Origin: an uncultured Planctomycetales bacterium
Lineage (GTDB): Bacteria > Planctomycetota > Phycisphaerae > SM23-33 > FEN-1343
NCBI GenBank assembly: GCA_964535025.1
Contig: CAZHRW010000169.1
Coordinates: forward strand, 1 to 61,073
Length of the DNA stretch: 61,073 bases
Reading direction: 5' to 3'
Shown here: positions 9,466 to 19,110 of the stretch, in pieces
Layout: each line of letters starts with the position of its first letter
Position numbering within the stretch: the stretch's first letter is position 1
Made by a program: the position numbers and the translations under genes
Notes under the pieces: generated by a model
The model's input: the letters and a program-made list of their open reading frames with translations, nothing else
Told to the model about the DNA's origin: nothing
Database searches by the model: none

Positions 9466-10195
9466 CCTCGTCGGGGATGTCGAAGTTGGCGTAGACGTTC
9501 TGGACGTCGTCGTGCTCGTCGAGGTTCTCCATGAGGCGGAGGACCTTCTGGGCCTGGTCGGGGTTGTCGATCTGGATGGGGTTTTCGGCCAGTTGGCTGA
9601 CGGCGGCGGTCTCAACGGGGATGCCGGCGTCGGCGAGGGCCTCCTTGACGTCGCCGAAGACGGCCGGGTCGCAGGTGACCTCGTAGAGGCCGTCCTCGCT
9701 GAGAAGGTCCTCGGCGCCGGCGTCGAGCACGACGCTCATCAGCGTATCCTCGTCGGTCGCCCCGGCGTCGATGGTGAAAGTGCCCTTTTTCTTGAACATC
9801 CAGGCGACCGACCCGCTGGCACCCAACTGCCCGCCGGCCTGCTCGAAGATCTTCCGCATCTCCGGCGCGGTCCGGTTGCGGTTGTCGGTGAGACAGTCGA
9901 CCATCACCGCCACGCCGCCGGAGGCGAAGCCTTCGTAGACCATCTGTTCGTAGTTGACCGGCCCCAGCTCGCCGGTGCCCTTCTTGATGGCCTTGCTGAT
10001 GGTGTCGTTGGGCATGTTCGCCGCCTTGGCTTCGTCGACGGCGTAGCGGAGCGTGAGGTTATCCTCGGGGTTGCCCCCGCCGTCCTTGGCGGCCATGATG
10101 ATCCGCCGGGCGATCTTGCTCCACAACTGCCCGCGCTTGGCGTCGTTGGCGCCCTTCTTCCGCTTGATCTTAGACCATTTGCTGTGTCCGGACAT
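9443..10195 (-). CDS. yebC: YebC/PmpR family DNA-binding transcriptional regulator
   Basis: MSGHSKWSKIKRKKGANDAKRG N-terminus, 250 aa. Its 3' end overlaps the convergent Wzy_C gene by 23 nt. Confidence 0.93.
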   Translation of the reverse strand: MSGHSKWSKIKRKKGANDAKRGQLWSKIARRIIMAAKDGGGNPEDNLTLRYAVDEAKAANMPNDTISKAIKKGTGELGPVNYEQMVYEGFASGGVAVMVDCLTDNRNRTAPEMRKIFEQAGGQLGASGSVAWMFKKKGTFTIDAGATDEDTLMSVVLDAGAEDLLSEDGLYEVTCDPAVFGDVKEALADAGIPVETAAVSQLAENPIQIDNPDQAQKVLRLMENLDEHDDVQNVYANFDIPDEVMAKIEQ

Positions 10196-10311
10196 GGTAA
10201 CTGCTCCTGCACCTGTAAGTCGCGGCGGGTCGGCCCGCCGGACCGGATTGTCGCAAGCGGCGCCGCCGTCGGCGTGGGCAACCCGTGGCCCACCCTGGCG
10301 ACGAAGCCGGC

Positions 10312-13300
10312 CTACGGCCGGACGTCCACGCCCAGCGGCGCTACCTCCGGCCGCCGTCCTCGCCGGACGGCCTTGACCTTCGCCGACGCACGGTCGGCAA
10401 CGTCACTGTACATCTGTTGTTCGTTTTCCAGCGCCGCCCGTTCGGCCCTGGCGGCGGCCAAATCGAGCGCCTCGGTCCACATGGAGACCGCTTCGTCGTC
10501 CCGCTCCAGCCACCACAGCACGTCGCCGGTGTGGTCGTAGAGGGTCGGATCGTCCCCGTCGACGGTATCCAACGCCTCCAGCAGCATCACCAGGGCCGGG
10601 CGGAACTCGCCCTTCTTGTAACGGACCCAGGCCCAACTGTCCTGGATGTGCGGCCGGGGTGCCGCGGCCAATGCCTCCGAGAGCAACTGCTCGGCACGAT
10701 CGAGATGCTCCCCGCGATCGGCCCACAGGTAGCCCAGGTTGTTCTGGATCTCGGGATCGTCCGGCGACAGCGCCAGCGCCCGGCCCAGCAGGTCCGTGGC
10801 GGCGTGATAGTCCTCGTCCGTGGGCTGATTGTACACGCCCGAGGCCATCGCGAGCAACGCGGCATTGTCCCCGTCTTCAGCGACCAACGCCCGGTAAAGC
10901 GCCCGGGCCCGGTCGGTCCGGCGCGCCAGCATCAACTGGCGAACCCACTGGCGCCGCATCGACCCTGCCAGCTCGACGTCGGCGTCCCCGCCGGCGGCGG
11001 TCAGCCGGTCGATGCGGTCCCGCATCAAGGCCGCCGCGTCGTCGAGCCGCCCTGCGTGGGTCAGCCACCCGGCGGCGAGCTCGACGGGGTTGGTGGCCGT
11101 GACAACCGGGCCCCACGACTGCTGCTCGCCGGCGTCCAGCCCCACCAGGCGCAGCACGATGTACGGATCGGTGTAGCGACCCGGCGCATCGCCCCACGCG
11201 GAGGCCGTCCGGGCGTCGAACAGCTCGCCGGCCGTCTGTTCCAGTGCCTCGTGGCGCCCGGTCAGCGCCAGGAGGCTCAGACCCGCGGCTTCGCGGAGCG
11301 GGGCGGTGCGGGGGTCGCCGGCCTGCTCGGCCCAGCCGCGGACCTGTTCGATCGCCTCGTCGGCACGATCGGCGGCGAGCAGGGCGTGCACCCGCGCCAC
11401 CGCGGCGACGGGGTCGCCCTGCGGCCGGTCGGCCAGCCAGCGCACGGCGAGGTCGGCCTGGCCGGCGCGGATCAGCGAGTCGACAAAAAGCGCCTCGGTG
11501 GTCGCGGTCTCCGCGGCCGTGTCGGCCAGGGCCTCGGCCGCCTCGGCGAATCGCCCCGCCCGCCGCAGCACCTCGGCCAGCGAGCGACTATCGCCGTCCC
11601 CGCGCAGCTCCAGTGCCCGGCGATAGGCCTCCGCGGCTTGACCGGGATGGCCGGCCGCCGCCAGCAGTTGGCCGCGAACCGTCCAGACGTCCGGGGCTTC
11701 CGGGCTGCTCTGGGCCGCCACGTCCAGGTCGACGATCGCGCGGGCCAGCCGCCGCCGCCCGACGACCTCGGCGGGCAGGCGGGCCTCGACGCGCGCCTTG
11801 ATCACCCGCGCGGCGGTCCGGTTCGGCGCCAGCGACATGAGCCGTTCGACCGTCTCGCCCGCCAGCCGATAGCTGCCCTGCTCCACCTGGGCCATCGCCA
11901 GCAGCGTCCACATCCGCGGATTGGCCGGATCCTGCCGGATGGCGGCGGCAATGGCCCCGCCGACCTGGTCGGCCACGTCTCGCGCCTCGGCCCTCTGCCC
12001 CTGGCGCTCGGCCTGGCGGATTCTCATGCCGCCCAGGTGCAGCAGCAGTTCCAGCGCCTCGTCGTCCGGCTGCACCGCCAGCACCTCCTGGAGGTGCCGC
12101 TGGGCCTCGGCCGGCCGGTTGGCGGTCATCAGGGCCCGCGCCAGCCACAGCCGCGCGGGGATGTAGCCGGGCTCGACGTCGATCGCCGCGGTTAGCCGTC
12201 CCAGCCCATCGTCCCGCCGACCGGCCAACAGGGCCACGGCCCCCCGCAGGGCGTCGGCGGCGACCGGATCGCCCGCCAGGGCGGCCCGCTCGGCCAGGGC
12301 GTCGACGGCGTCGTAGTCCTTGCCGGCCAGCCAGCGGGCCGCCAGTGCTTCGTAGGCGGCCCGAAACGTCGGCGACGCCTCGATCGCCAGACGGTAGTGA
12401 ACCGTGGCCCGTCCCGTCCGGCCGCCGCGCTCGAGCATCAGCCCGGTCAGCAGCAGCCGCAGGTGGCGCGACGGGGAGGTATCGTCGATCGCCTCGTCGG
12501 CCAGCGCGCCGATCCGATCGGCATCGAGATACGTCGCGGGCGTTCGCTTCAGACGGCTGCGGACGCGGTGGCGGACCTGCGGATCGTGCACCAGCAGGCG
12601 CCCGAGGACCTCGATCGCCTCGCCGGGCCGTCCCTGTTCCAGCAGCCAGTCGGCCAGCGTCAGGGTCGGCGTGGCCCGGTCGGTGACCGTTTCGACACCA
12701 CCGGCGAGCATGGCGATCGCGCCGTCGGTGTCGCCCAGCGCCCGCGTCGCCCACGCCAGCAGCGCCAGCGTCGTCGCCGGCGGGGCGCCGTGGCGCGCCT
12801 GGTACTCCATCAGGAGACGCCGGGGGGCGTCCGGATCGGCCGGGTCGCCGTAGGCGGTCAGCATCGCGTTGAGCACGTGGTGGGGCTGCAGCGGCCCGGC
12901 GAGCATCTCCAGGCAGACCGTGTCGGCCCGGTCGCTCCTTCCGGCCCCGGCCAGCGCCGCGGCCAGGACCCCGCCGGCGGCCGCGTCCGTCTTATTGAGG
13001 CGCCAGGCGGCGTCGGCGGCGTCGGCGGCGTCGGCGTAGCGGTTCAACTCCAGCAGGATCCGCGCCCGCTGCAGGGCGAGCTTCTCGGGCTCCTGGGCCA
13101 GCGTCGACAGCGCGTGGCCCCCGGCCGGGACATCCCGCTCGTACAGATGCGCCTCGAGTTGGGCCAGCGCCTCCAGCGCCGCCGTCAGGTACCCCTGTTC
13201 GTAAAGCACCCGCGTCAGCAGCAGGCGCGCCTGATCGGCCGTCAGGGCGTCGGCATCGTCGTCGATCGTGCACGCCAGGGCCGTGCGATACCGCAGATTC

Positions 13301-13734
13301 GCCTCGTTGAGATGCCCGGACTGCTCGGCGATCCGCCCCAGGGCCATCTGGACGGCCGGGTCGTCGCCATCGACCGCCAGCAGGTGTGTCCGGGCCGCCG
13401 CCAGGTCGTCGGCGGCCAGGCAGGCTTTCCCCAGCTCCCGACGGACTGCGACACTGTCGCCGTGCCGTTCCAGCGCCTCGGTCAGCAGCGCAACGGCCTC
13501 CTCGGGCCGTCGGGCTGCCATCCGTTCTGCGGCCTGATCGAGCAGGCGGTCGAGGTCCGGATTGTCGGTCTGCCCCGCCGACAGCGCCGGCGGGCGGGTC
13601 GCCGCGGGCGTCATGGCGGCCAGCGGCAGGCGGGCGCGGGCGCGGAACGCCGCACGCTCGGACGACATGCCACACCCGGCCACCGTCACCACGATGGCGA
13701 GCAGCCACGCCGGCAGCGCCCTGGCGGTGGTCAT
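10312..13734 (-). CDS. large TPR-repeat lipoprotein
   Basis: 1140 aa. Lipobox LLAIVVTVAGCG, then repetitive A/L/R-rich TPR-like helices throughout. Confidence 0.8.
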   Translation of the reverse strand: MTTARALPAWLLAIVVTVAGCGMSSERAAFRARARLPLAAMTPAATRPPALSAGQTDNPDLDRLLDQAAERMAARRPEEAVALLTEALERHGDSVAVRRELGKACLAADDLAAARTHLLAVDGDDPAVQMALGRIAEQSGHLNEANLRYRTALACTIDDDADALTADQARLLLTRVLYEQGYLTAALEALAQLEAHLYERDVPAGGHALSTLAQEPEKLALQRARILLELNRYADAADAADAAWRLNKTDAAAGGVLAAALAGAGRSDRADTVCLEMLAGPLQPHHVLNAMLTAYGDPADPDAPRRLLMEYQARHGAPPATTLALLAWATRALGDTDGAIAMLAGGVETVTDRATPTLTLADWLLEQGRPGEAIEVLGRLLVHDPQVRHRVRSRLKRTPATYLDADRIGALADEAIDDTSPSRHLRLLLTGLMLERGGRTGRATVHYRLAIEASPTFRAAYEALAARWLAGKDYDAVDALAERAALAGDPVAADALRGAVALLAGRRDDGLGRLTAAIDVEPGYIPARLWLARALMTANRPAEAQRHLQEVLAVQPDDEALELLLHLGGMRIRQAERQGQRAEARDVADQVGGAIAAAIRQDPANPRMWTLLAMAQVEQGSYRLAGETVERLMSLAPNRTAARVIKARVEARLPAEVVGRRRLARAIVDLDVAAQSSPEAPDVWTVRGQLLAAAGHPGQAAEAYRRALELRGDGDSRSLAEVLRRAGRFAEAAEALADTAAETATTEALFVDSLIRAGQADLAVRWLADRPQGDPVAAVARVHALLAADRADEAIEQVRGWAEQAGDPRTAPLREAAGLSLLALTGRHEALEQTAGELFDARTASAWGDAPGRYTDPYIVLRLVGLDAGEQQSWGPVVTATNPVELAAGWLTHAGRLDDAAALMRDRIDRLTAAGGDADVELAGSMRRQWVRQLMLARRTDRARALYRALVAEDGDNAALLAMASGVYNQPTDEDYHAATDLLGRALALSPDDPEIQNNLGYLWADRGEHLDRAEQLLSEALAAAPRPHIQDSWAWVRYKKGEFRPALVMLLEALDTVDGDDPTLYDHTGDVLWWLERDDEAVSMWTEALDLAAARAERAALENEQQMYSDVADRASAKVKAVRRGRRPEVAPLGVDVRP

Positions 13735-13735
13735 C

Positions 13736-14623
13736 TTACGGGATCACCTTGTTGAGGGGATACGTGATAATGCCCGTGGCGCCCGCGGCTTTCAACTCGG
13801 GTACCAGGTCGCGCTCCACCCGCTCCTCGAGGATCACCTCGAGGGCCACCCACTGTTTGTCGGCCAGCGGCGAGATCGTCGGGCTGTGCTCGGCAGGCAA
13901 CTGTCGAAGGACCGCGTCGAGCTTGTCACCCGGGACGTTCATCTTCAACCCCACCTTTTCCCGCGCCGCGATGGCGCCGGTGAGCAGCAGGGCCATGTTC
14001 TCGATCTTCGTCCGCTTCCACGGGTTCGCCCAGGCGTCGGTGTTGGCAATGAAGCGGGTGGTGGAGGTCATGATGGTATCGAGCACGCGCAGCTTGTTGG
14101 CCCGCAGGGACGAGCCGGTCTCGGTGACATCGACGATCGCGTCGACCAGGCGGGCCTTCACCTCCGTGGCGCCCCAACTGAACTCCACCCGCACGTCCAC
14201 GCCGCGGTCGGCAAAGTAGCGCCGCGTGGTGTTGACCAGTTCGGTCGCGATGATCCCGCCGGCGAGGTCCTCGGGTGTCCGAGCGTCGGACTCCTCCGGC
14301 ACCGCCAACACCCAGCGGGCGGGCGCGAGGGACCGCTTGGAGTAGACCAGCTCGGCCACCTCGTGAACGTCCGAGTCGTTCTCGACGACCCAGTCGTGGC
14401 CGGTCAGGCCGCAGTCGATGACGCCATCAGCGACGTAGCGGCTCATTTCCTGGGCGCGGAACAACACCGCGGTGATGTCCTTGTCGTCGACGGTGGGGAA
14501 GTAGCTTCGCGACGAGACCGAGATGTCATACCCCGCCCGCGCGAACAGGTCCAGCGAGCTTTCCTGCAGCGAGCCGGCGGGAATGCCCAGGCGAAGTTTG
14601 TCGTCCGACAGGTTACCTACCAT
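13736..14623 (-). CDS. hisG: ATP phosphoribosyltransferase (long form with C-terminal regulatory domain)
   Basis: [32 protein letters not shown], and a 295-aa length. Its stop is 1 nt from the TPR gene start. Confidence 0.92.
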   Translation of the reverse strand: MVGNLSDDKLRLGIPAGSLQESSLDLFARAGYDISVSSRSYFPTVDDKDITAVLFRAQEMSRYVADGVIDCGLTGHDWVVENDSDVHEVAELVYSKRSLAPARWVLAVPEESDARTPEDLAGGIIATELVNTTRRYFADRGVDVRVEFSWGATEVKARLVDAIVDVTETGSSLRANKLRVLDTIMTSTTRFIANTDAWANPWKRTKIENMALLLTGAIAAREKVGLKMNVPGDKLDAVLRQLPAEHSPTISPLADKQWVALEVILEERVERDLVPELKAAGATGIITYPLNKVIP

Positions 14624-14662
14624 GCGATCCTCACAGCACCTCGCCCCGTCGGGGGGCGAAGG

Positions 14663-15454
14663 TCACTTGCGTTTGGTTTTGGTCGTCTTGCGGGCCGTCT
14701 TCTTGCGGCCGGCCGCCTTGGTGGCGGCGGTCTTGGTCTTCTTCTTGGCGGTCTTCTTACGGCGGGTCTTGGTCGTCTTCGAGGCCTTTTTCGTCTTGCG
14801 GGCCTTCTCCGTCTTCTTGGCCGCGGTCTTCCCGGCAGGGCGCGCGGCCGCCGGGTCGTGGGCCCAGGCGGCCAGGATGCCGGCGGTCTCGGCCTGCTGC
14901 TTGGCCGGCACGACGCGTTCCAGCAAGCCGCGAACGTCGTCGACGCCGGCGTCGGGGCCCGCGAGGTCCTCGTCCTTGAGGCGCTGCACAAGCGCGTCGT
15001 CGACGGGGATGGCCCGGTGGCCGAACAGGCGCACCAGCAGGAAGGCTTCGACGTAGGGGGAGAACCCCAGCGTCTCGCCGAGGTGCGTGCGGAGGTCGCG
15101 TTTGCCCATATCGGCGGCGTGACCGAAGTCGAGCCTGTTGTTCTGGTCGAAGATCCGGTTAAGCCCGTCGGTGATCCGCGCGGCCTTGGTCCGCAGGTCG
15201 GCCGGGTCGCCTTCGAGCAGTTCGACGATGTCCTTGAGGGGGGCGACGCGCAACTCGTTGAAGTCAACGAACTCCTCGCGGAGCACGTCGAGATTGCGGG
15301 CGGCCACATCGGCCGGCGCGTTTTCGCGCAGCACAGCCAGGACGAACAGACTCAGCGGATCGGCGGCGGCCGGCTCGCCGTCGGCGGCGTACCGCTTCTT
15401 CAGCGACGGGAGCATGCCCTTGACCTTCTTGCCGTACTCGGTGGCGTTTTTCAT
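14663..15454 (-). CDS. HhH-GPD (endonuclease III)-like domain protein with a lysine-rich histone H1-like C-terminal tail
   Basis: LFVLAVLRENAP...LGETLGFSPYVEAFLLVRLFGHRAIPVDDALVQRL aligns by eye with EndoIII LIAVLLSAQATD...LPGVGRKTANVVL..AFG.PTIAVDTHIFRV, but lacks the catalytic Lys and the Fe-S loop. The tail reads AAKKTEKARKTKKASKTTKTRRKKTAKKKTKTAATKAAGRKKTARKTTKTKRK. Start taken at MKNATEYG. Confidence 0.6.
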   Translation of the reverse strand: MKNATEYGKKVKGMLPSLKKRYAADGEPAAADPLSLFVLAVLRENAPADVAARNLDVLREEFVDFNELRVAPLKDIVELLEGDPADLRTKAARITDGLNRIFDQNNRLDFGHAADMGKRDLRTHLGETLGFSPYVEAFLLVRLFGHRAIPVDDALVQRLKDEDLAGPDAGVDDVRGLLERVVPAKQQAETAGILAAWAHDPAAARPAGKTAAKKTEKARKTKKASKTTKTRRKKTAKKKTKTAATKAAGRKKTARKTTKTKRK

Positions 15455-15480
15455 GACCGTTCTCTCACTTGCCTTGCCGC

Positions 15481-15900
15481 TCAGCCCGGCTCGCCGGTGT
15501 CGGTCCCATCGTCGCCGGCGTCCTCGCACCGGCGGGCTTCCTCGTCCTGGCGGATCTCCTCCATCGCGCTTTGGATAAGGGCCAGGGTGGTCAGCGTCTT
15601 CTTGAACCGCTCATCGGCGACGAAGTTCAGCACCGGGGTGTTTCGCAGCGAGATCTCCTGCATCATCATGGCCTGGATCCGCCCGGCGGCGTGCTGCAGC
15701 GCGCGGAGGGCGTTGCGTTGCTCGACCTCGGTGCCCATGGTCGAGCAGTACACCTTGGCGCGGGTCATGTCTTCGGTGACCTCAACGCGGGTGATCGACA
15801 CCCGCGCCGGATCGATCCGCGGGTCGCTGATCCGCCGCAGGACGATCTCGCCGACCGTCTGCTGGATCAATCGACCCACTCGTTCGGTTCTTCGGCTCAT
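15481..15900 (-). CDS. rbfA: ribosome-binding factor A
   Basis: MSRRTERVGRLIQQTVGEIVLRRISDPRI..VSITRVEVTEDMTRAKVY. Confidence 0.93.
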   Translation of the reverse strand: MSRRTERVGRLIQQTVGEIVLRRISDPRIDPARVSITRVEVTEDMTRAKVYCSTMGTEVEQRNALRALQHAAGRIQAMMMQEISLRNTPVLNFVADERFKKTLTTLALIQSAMEEIRQDEEARRCEDAGDDGTDTGEPG

Positions 15901-15936
15901 CGGCAGCGGCGCTCCCTCCCGCCCGTCGGCGGGCGG

Positions 15937-16254
15937 TCAAAGCAGTTCAATGTCACTGGCCACGACGACCATGCCCCGATGCTCCTCGGCGGCGTTGGCG
16001 ATTCTTTGCAGCCCGCCCTGGACGTACCCGAGATCCGAGCCGATCATCGCGATCGCCAGCGTCGCGCGGCGGATCGAATCGGCGCCCTCCACCTGGGCAA
16101 CCGAGACGTTGTGGCGCGCCCGCGTCCGATCGAGGAAGCTCTTGACGATCCGCCGCTTGTCCTTGAGGCTCCTCGCGTCGGAGACCACCACGTCCAGATG
16201 CAACACGCCCAGTGCAGCCGCCATGTCGTCGTCATCGTCCGTCGGATTTTGCAT
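15937..16254 (-). CDS. DUF503 (YlxP-like) protein
   Basis: LGVLHLDVVVSDARSLKDKRRIVKSFLDR..HNVSVAQV, in the classic position between infB and rbfA. The start is at ATG 16254 or 16224. Confidence 0.8.
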   Translation of the reverse strand: MQNPTDDDDDMAAALGVLHLDVVVSDARSLKDKRRIVKSFLDRTRARHNVSVAQVEGADSIRRATLAIAMIGSDLGYVQGGLQRIANAAEEHRGMVVVASDIELL

Positions 16255-16283
16255 TCCCGTCAACGGTTTTCGCTTTACCCGGC

Positions 16284-19073
16284 TTACAGCTGTCTTGCCA
16301 CTTCCACGGTCCGGTAGGCCTCCAAGAGGTCGCCGACCTTCACGTCGTCGTAGCCGGTGATCTTCATCCCGCACTCCATGCCGTTGCGCACCTCGCGGAC
16401 GTCGTCCTTGTGCCGCTTGAGCGACTCGAGCGTCCGCTCGTCCTCGATGACGATCCCGCCGCGGGTGACGCGGACCTTGGCGTTGCGGGGGATCGTCCCG
16501 TCGGTAACATAGCAACCGGCGACGGTGCCCACGCGAGAGACCTTGAACACGTCGCGGACCTCGGCGTGGCCGAGGACCTCCTCGGTGAACTCCGGGGCCA
16601 GCAGGCCCGTCATGGCCTGCGTGACCGCGTCGATCAGTTCGTAGATCACGCGGTACAGGCGGATCTCCACGCCCAGCCGCTCGGCCTCCTCCCGGGCCGT
16701 CGCGTCGGCGACGACGTGGAAGCCCAGGATGATCGCCCCGGACGCCTCGGCCAGCAGCACGTCGCTGCCGGAGATGCCGCCGACGGCGGCGTGAAGGATC
16801 TTCACCCGCACCTCGTCGGTCGACAGCTTGTTGAGGCTGTCGACAAGCACCTCGACCGAGCCCTGGACGTCGGCCTTGACGATCAGGGGCAGTTCGGTCA
16901 CCTCGCCGGCGGAGATCTGCTCGAAGAGGTTGTCCAGGGTAACCTGCTGCTTGGTGGCGAGCTTCTCCTCGCGCTGCTCCTGGCGGACCTGCTCGGCCAT
17001 TTCCTTGGCCCGCGAGAGGTCGTCGACGACGTAGACCTTGTCGCCGGCGACGGGCACGGCGTCGAGGCCGGCCACTTCGACCGGTGTGGCCGGGCCGGCC
17101 TGCTCGATCTCCTGCCCGCGATCGTTGAGGATCTGGCGGACCCGCCCGCTGCCCGGGCCGGCCAGCAGCACGTCACCGACGTGCAGCGTCCCGTCCTGCA
17201 CCAGCACCCGCGCCACGACGCCGCGACCGGGGTCCATCTCCGCTTCGATCACCGTGCCCCGCGCCGGGGCGGTCGGGTCGGCGGTCAGTTCGAGCAATTC
17301 GGCCTCCAGCGACAGCAGCTCGACGAGGTCCTCGACGCCCTCGCCGGTTTCGGCGCTGGTCTGGATGACCTCGGTCTGTCCGCCCCACTCGCGGGGCTGG
17401 AGGTCCCGCTCGGCCAACTGGCCCATCACGCGGTTGACGTTCGCGTTGGGCAGATCAATCTTGTTGAGCGCCACGACGATCGGCACGCCGGCGGCCTTGG
17501 CGTGGTTGATCGCCTCGACCGTCTGGGGCATGACCCCGTCGTCGGCGGCCACGACCAGCACCACCACGTCGGTCATGGTGGCCCCACGGGCGCGCATCTG
17601 GGTGAACGCCTCGTGGCCCGGGGTGTCCAGGAAGGTCACCGTCCGCTCGCCGTTGTCGTACCGGTACGATCCGATGTGCTGGGTGATCCCGCCGCTCTCG
17701 GTATCGACGACGGCGGCCTGCCGGATCCGGTCGAGCAAGCTGGTCTTGCCGTGATCGACGTGGCCGAGGAACGTCACCACCGGCGGCCGCGGCTCCACCT
17801 TGCCGCGCTCGCGCCGGCTGAGTTGCTCGTCGATCTCTTCCAAGTAGCTCTTCTTCCGCTTGACCGTCAGTTCGATGCCATATTCGGAGGCCAACAGTTC
17901 GGCGGCCTCCGAGGTGATCGTCTGGTTGACCGTCGCCAACTGGCCCTGGGCCATCATCTGCTTGATCAACTCGGCGCTCTTGATGCCCATGGCGGCCGAG
18001 AGGTCCTTGATGGTGATCGGCTCGTCGATCTCCACCGGTCCAGTACGGCGCGCCGTCGGCTCGCCGGCCCGTCGGGTGCTGGCGCGGTGGCGTCGCAGCC
18101 CGCCGCCGGCGGCGGCCGCAAGGCGTTCGCGGCGCTCGGTCAGGTCGCGATCGCGCCATTCCTGCAGACGCTCAGACGTCTCGACGGCCCCGCCCCGGCG
18201 GCGCGGACTGTTGCGCCGGCGCGGGCGATGGCCGCGCTCCTCCTCGGCGTGACGGCCTCGTCCGCCCCGCCGGCCGCCGGTCTCGACCGCGTCGGCCGGC
18301 TCGTCGCCGGCCACCTCCGCCGCCGGACGCGGGCGACGGCGCGGCGCCGGAACGTGGTCCGGCCGTTCCACGCGAACGACCTTGGGGCCCTGCAGTTGGG
18401 CCGGCTTGGGCACCACCTGCGGCCCGGCCGGTCCCACCGGCTCGGGCGGCTCGGGCTCGGGCGGAGCCTCCGGCTGGGGCACCTCGGCCGCCACCTCCTG
18501 CGGCGCTTCGGCCGCGGCGGGCGGCGCCTCGGGCGGCGCGGCGGGCGCGGGTGCCTCGGCCGGTTCGGCGGCCTCGACGGCCTGCTCGGCGGCCTCGCCG
18601 ACGACCGGCTCGGACGGTTCGGTGATCGGTTCGACGTGCTGGTCGGCGGCCGCTTCGGCCGCCACGACCTGCTCGGCCGTCGCGGCTTCTTCCGCTTCGG
18701 CCGCGGGCGCTTCGCCCGTCGCGACCGGCTCGGCCTCGCCAACCACCTCGGCTTCGGTCGGAGCTTGGGCTTCGGTCGCTACCTCGGCTTCCGCGGCTTC
18801 CGCGGCCTCCGCGGCCTCTTCCTGACGGCGACGACGGCGCTGCGCCGCCGCTTCCCGGTGGGCCTCTTCCAGGTCCACTGCCGCGGCGACCTCGACGGCC
18901 GAATGCAACCCGGCTTCGGTGTCGCTGAACCATTCACGAATCGTCGCTTCAAGGCCCGCCGAGAGAGCGGCCATGTGATTCTTGAGGTCCAGACCCTCGG
19001 CGCGGCACTTCTCCAGTACCTGTTTGCTGGTGACGTCAAGCTCTTTTGCGAGTTGAAAAACGCGCTTCGCCAA
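16284..19073 (-). CDS. infB: translation initiation factor IF-2
   Basis: 929 aa. N-terminal MAKRVFQLAKELDVTSKQVLEK, GTPase motifs GHVDHGKTSLLD / DTPGHEAF / NKID, and a long acidic/Pro-rich linker. Confidence 0.97.
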   Translation of the reverse strand: MAKRVFQLAKELDVTSKQVLEKCRAEGLDLKNHMAALSAGLEATIREWFSDTEAGLHSAVEVAAAVDLEEAHREAAAQRRRRRQEEAAEAAEAAEAEVATEAQAPTEAEVVGEAEPVATGEAPAAEAEEAATAEQVVAAEAAADQHVEPITEPSEPVVGEAAEQAVEAAEPAEAPAPAAPPEAPPAAAEAPQEVAAEVPQPEAPPEPEPPEPVGPAGPQVVPKPAQLQGPKVVRVERPDHVPAPRRRPRPAAEVAGDEPADAVETGGRRGGRGRHAEEERGHRPRRRNSPRRRGGAVETSERLQEWRDRDLTERRERLAAAAGGGLRRHRASTRRAGEPTARRTGPVEIDEPITIKDLSAAMGIKSAELIKQMMAQGQLATVNQTITSEAAELLASEYGIELTVKRKKSYLEEIDEQLSRRERGKVEPRPPVVTFLGHVDHGKTSLLDRIRQAAVVDTESGGITQHIGSYRYDNGERTVTFLDTPGHEAFTQMRARGATMTDVVVLVVAADDGVMPQTVEAINHAKAAGVPIVVALNKIDLPNANVNRVMGQLAERDLQPREWGGQTEVIQTSAETGEGVEDLVELLSLEAELLELTADPTAPARGTVIEAEMDPGRGVVARVLVQDGTLHVGDVLLAGPGSGRVRQILNDRGQEIEQAGPATPVEVAGLDAVPVAGDKVYVVDDLSRAKEMAEQVRQEQREEKLATKQQVTLDNLFEQISAGEVTELPLIVKADVQGSVEVLVDSLNKLSTDEVRVKILHAAVGGISGSDVLLAEASGAIILGFHVVADATAREEAERLGVEIRLYRVIYELIDAVTQAMTGLLAPEFTEEVLGHAEVRDVFKVSRVGTVAGCYVTDGTIPRNAKVRVTRGGIVIEDERTLESLKRHKDDVREVRNGMECGMKITGYDDVKVGDLLEAYRTVEVARQL

Positions 19074-19110
19074 GACCTTCTCCTGCTGATGTCCGCCTGT
19101 CCCAACCGGG

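Noticed and set aside
14663-14830. CTTCTT/GGTCTT tandem-like DNA repeats.
   Set aside because: They are the coding sequence of the lysine-rich protein tail (AAG/ACC/AAA codons on the minus strand), not an independent repeat element.
18380-18830. GC-rich short-period repeats (GCGGCYTCSGC-like) that superficially resemble a repeat array.
   Set aside because: They lie inside infB and encode its acidic Ala/Glu/Pro linker. They show no spacer-repeat periodicity, so this is not a CRISPR array.
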